Shown: in pieces, positions 40,701 to 41,864 of the stretch
Layout of the letters: the number at the start of each line of letters is the position of its first letter
Position numbering within the stretch: position 1 is the stretch's first letter
Source: Candidatus Krumholzibacteriota bacterium
GTDB taxonomy: Bacteria > Krumholzibacteriota > Krumholzibacteriia > LZORAL124-64-63
Assembly: GCA_039714075.1 (NCBI GenBank)
Contig: JBDLKA010000023.1
Location: forward strand, 1-41,864
Direction: 5' to 3'
Length of the DNA stretch: 41,864 nucleotides
Program-made: the position numbers and the translations under genes
The notes under the pieces: model-generated
Seen by the model: only the letters and a program-made list of their open reading frames with translations
Told to the model about the DNA's origin: nothing
Database searches by the model: none

Positions 40701-40859
40701 CACCTGAAACCGCGGACGTTCTACATGGCCCGCATCCGCAACCCGAACGCCGCCATTGAGCCGGCCACGCGACATGGTGCGGATCATGGTGGCGGTCATG
40801 ATGGCGGTCATGAACAAGGTCATGAAGAGCACGGAGCCGAAGCCGGAGCCCACGGATAG
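37737..40859 (+). CDS. actB: Alternative complex III subunit B (TAT-exported molybdopterin-oxidoreductase-like domain plus Fe-S domain)
   Basis: YWRSLQEL, TRRRFLQ twin-arginine motif, LAGC, GRPIKIDGNP; Fe-S motifs CNGCNACVIGC, CAQCEMAPCEQVCP, CVGTRYCSNNCP, KCTYC..PACAATCP. Confidence 0.95.
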   Translation: MIRKSDMSSDPGQGMNYWRSLQELADTDDYRHMAENEFPGGIDAPAEGMTRRRFLQVMSASVAMATLAGCRWPEEKIVPYVNRPEGMTPGTPMQFATTMELGPVANSVLATSYDGRPIKIDGNPDFPLSMGATTAFAQASVLDVYDPDRSQKVLHRKGLGASETDWADFDAFAAEHFAGDLKGVAILTGASTSPSRNGLMVQAAKKGAGIYLWEPVCRVDEMRGATKAFGRAAMTQLDFSQAKVIVDFDANFMQDHPTSLRNSKQFSAGRAPEDGHMNRLYVYENTFSITGGMADHRFPTAHGDIAAAVWALAAELVLGEGLPLPVGAGIYRADLSKWRGHAAGSAHLEALAKDLMDNQGHSLLVAGIRQDPDTHAMLHLLNTALGNVGQTVSYLPIEVPQIRFIDELVNDLNAGKVQTLVVLDGNPVYTAPADLKFAEAMMKAPQRIHLGHRDDATGQKSTWHLPLAHYLESWGDAMAWDMSYLAVQPLIAPLYDGRTVTELLSVMADDEPRDSFRITRDSFHRMTRGSGSAPENDRAFEKRWRTFIHDGFLKGSGQEKGRTLGLAGSTLIAPAGGGHLSADNLEISFVHDQSVFDGRYADNAWLQEMPDFMSKLTWDNAALFSPATATELGLKHGDLVELEYQGRKLEMAVYVLPGQAKYTVTVNLGYGRDDAGRVGKGMGFDTYKLRTWDNLHGGAGLKVRKMGGTYLLATTQDHHAIDTAGAEEIQKRVPGLVREGTIEDYQNDPEFVDHLGVHSPPLESLWKEWEYTGYKWGMAVDLNACNGCNACVIGCQSENNIPVVGKDEVSRGREMSWVRLDRYFLGDPEEPKVAQQPVACAQCEMAPCEQVCPVAATLHTDEGLNAMVYNRCVGTRYCSNNCPYKVRRFNWFNNYEDMTQTQRLVLNPDVTVRARGVMEKCTYCVQRIETARVDARVEGRDIRDGDITPACAATCPTDAITFGNLNDPESRVSKLREASRSYDLLNYLHLKPRTFYMARIRNPNAAIEPATRHGADHGGGHDGGHEQGHEEHGAEAGAHG

Positions 40860-40874
40860 ACTGGAGCCTGATTT

Positions 40875-41864
40875 ATGAATGCGTCGGTCACCGACAATTA
40901 CGACAACACGGTGGATGATCCCACGCAGCCGCAGGAACTGATCCTCGGCGGGCAGGACTTCACCTCCATCACCGAGACGGTCTCGGACATCGTCCTGGAA
41001 CGGAAGACGCCGAAGGCCTGGTACATCGCCTTCCTGTTCACTTCCGGTTTGACGGGCGTCCTGTTCCTGATGATCGGCTGGCTCTTCATCAAGGGCGTCG
41101 GTGTGTGGGGTCTGAACAATCCGGTCAGCTGGGGCTGGGCCATCGTGAACTTCGTGTTCTGGGTGGGTATCGGGCACGCCGGCACGCTGATTTCGGCCAT
41201 CCTGTTCCTGCTGCGGCAGAAATGGCGCACCAGCATCAACCGTTTCGCCGAGGCGATGACCATCTTCGCGGTGATCTGCGCGGGGATTTTCCCGGGCATC
41301 CACGTGGGCCGCGTCTGGCTGGTCTACTGGCTGTTCCCGATTCCCAACTATCACGACATGTGGCCGAACTTCCGCAGCCCGCTGCTGTGGGACGTGTTCG
41401 CCGTCGGCACCTACGCCACCGTGTCGCTGCTGTTCTGGTACATGGGCATGGTGCCCGATATCGCCACCCTGCGTGACCGTGCCAAGGGGAAACTACAGCA
41501 GGTCATCTATGGTGCGCTGGCTCTGGGCTGGCGCGGCAGCCACCGCCACTGGCACCGTTATGAAAAGGCTTACCTGCTGCTGGCGGGTCTGGCCACGCCC
41601 CTGGTGCTGTCGGTGCACTCGGTGGTGTCCTTCGACTTTGCCACCGCCCAGTTGCCGGGCTGGCACACGACCATCTTCCCGCCCTACTTCGTGGCCGGCG
41701 CCGTGTTCAGCGGCTTCGCCATGGTGGGCACCCTGCTGATTCCGGCGCGCCAGTGGTTCGGCCTGGAGAACATCATCACCAAGCATCATCTCGAGAACAT
41801 GAACAAGATCATCCTGGCCACCGGCAGCATGGTCGGGTTCGCCTACGCCACGGAGTTCTTCATC
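40875..41864 (+). CDS. actC: Alternative complex III subunit C (NrfD/PsrC family), partial (runs off the right edge)
   Basis: Not in the ORF track. Hand translation from ATG 40875 gives [69 protein letters not shown]. Confidence 0.95.
   Translation, partial: MNASVTDNYDNTVDDPTQPQELILGGQDFTSITETVSDIVLERKTPKAWYIAFLFTSGLTGVLFLMIGWLFIKGVGVWGLNNPVSWGWAIVNFVFWVGIGHAGTLISAILFLLRQKWRTSINRFAEAMTIFAVICAGIFPGIHVGRVWLVYWLFPIPNYHDMWPNFRSPLLWDVFAVGTYATVSLLFWYMGMVPDIATLRDRAKGKLQQVIYGALALGWRGSHRHWHRYEKAYLLLAGLATPLVLSVHSVVSFDFATAQLPGWHTTIFPPYFVAGAVFSGFAMVGTLLIPARQWFGLENIITKHHLENMNKIILATGSMVGFAYATEFFI

Overview
GC-rich bacterial chromosomal window with about 24 CDSs. I saw no rRNA, tRNA, CRISPR array or mobile element. 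The FlgD-Ig-tailed secreted repeat protein, beta-propeller hybrid kinase, single-chain homoaconitase and alternative complex III suggest an FCB-group lineage such as Krumholzibacteriota or Latescibacterota (inference only). Recognisable genes are carB, carA, asnS, homoaconitase, an acyl-CoA ligase, S9 and M64 peptidases, an IscA/HesB protein and the start of an alternative complex III operon (actA-actB-actC). The most interesting region is 5888-9175. A sigma70 promoter and a PyrR-type attenuator lead into an operon whose first gene is a degenerate AsnRS/AspRS catalytic-domain paralog, lacking the anticodon domain and both motif arginines, and translationally coupled to carA-carB. The adjacent intergenic region holds three register-perfect copies of a GTGACT-N16-GTC(A/T) ECF-type promoter motif. 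One faces an ECF sigma/small protein/MscS-like operon, one faces a structured, terminated putative sRNA, and one faces the car operon. All calls come from reading the sequence by eye; no searches or folding programs were run.
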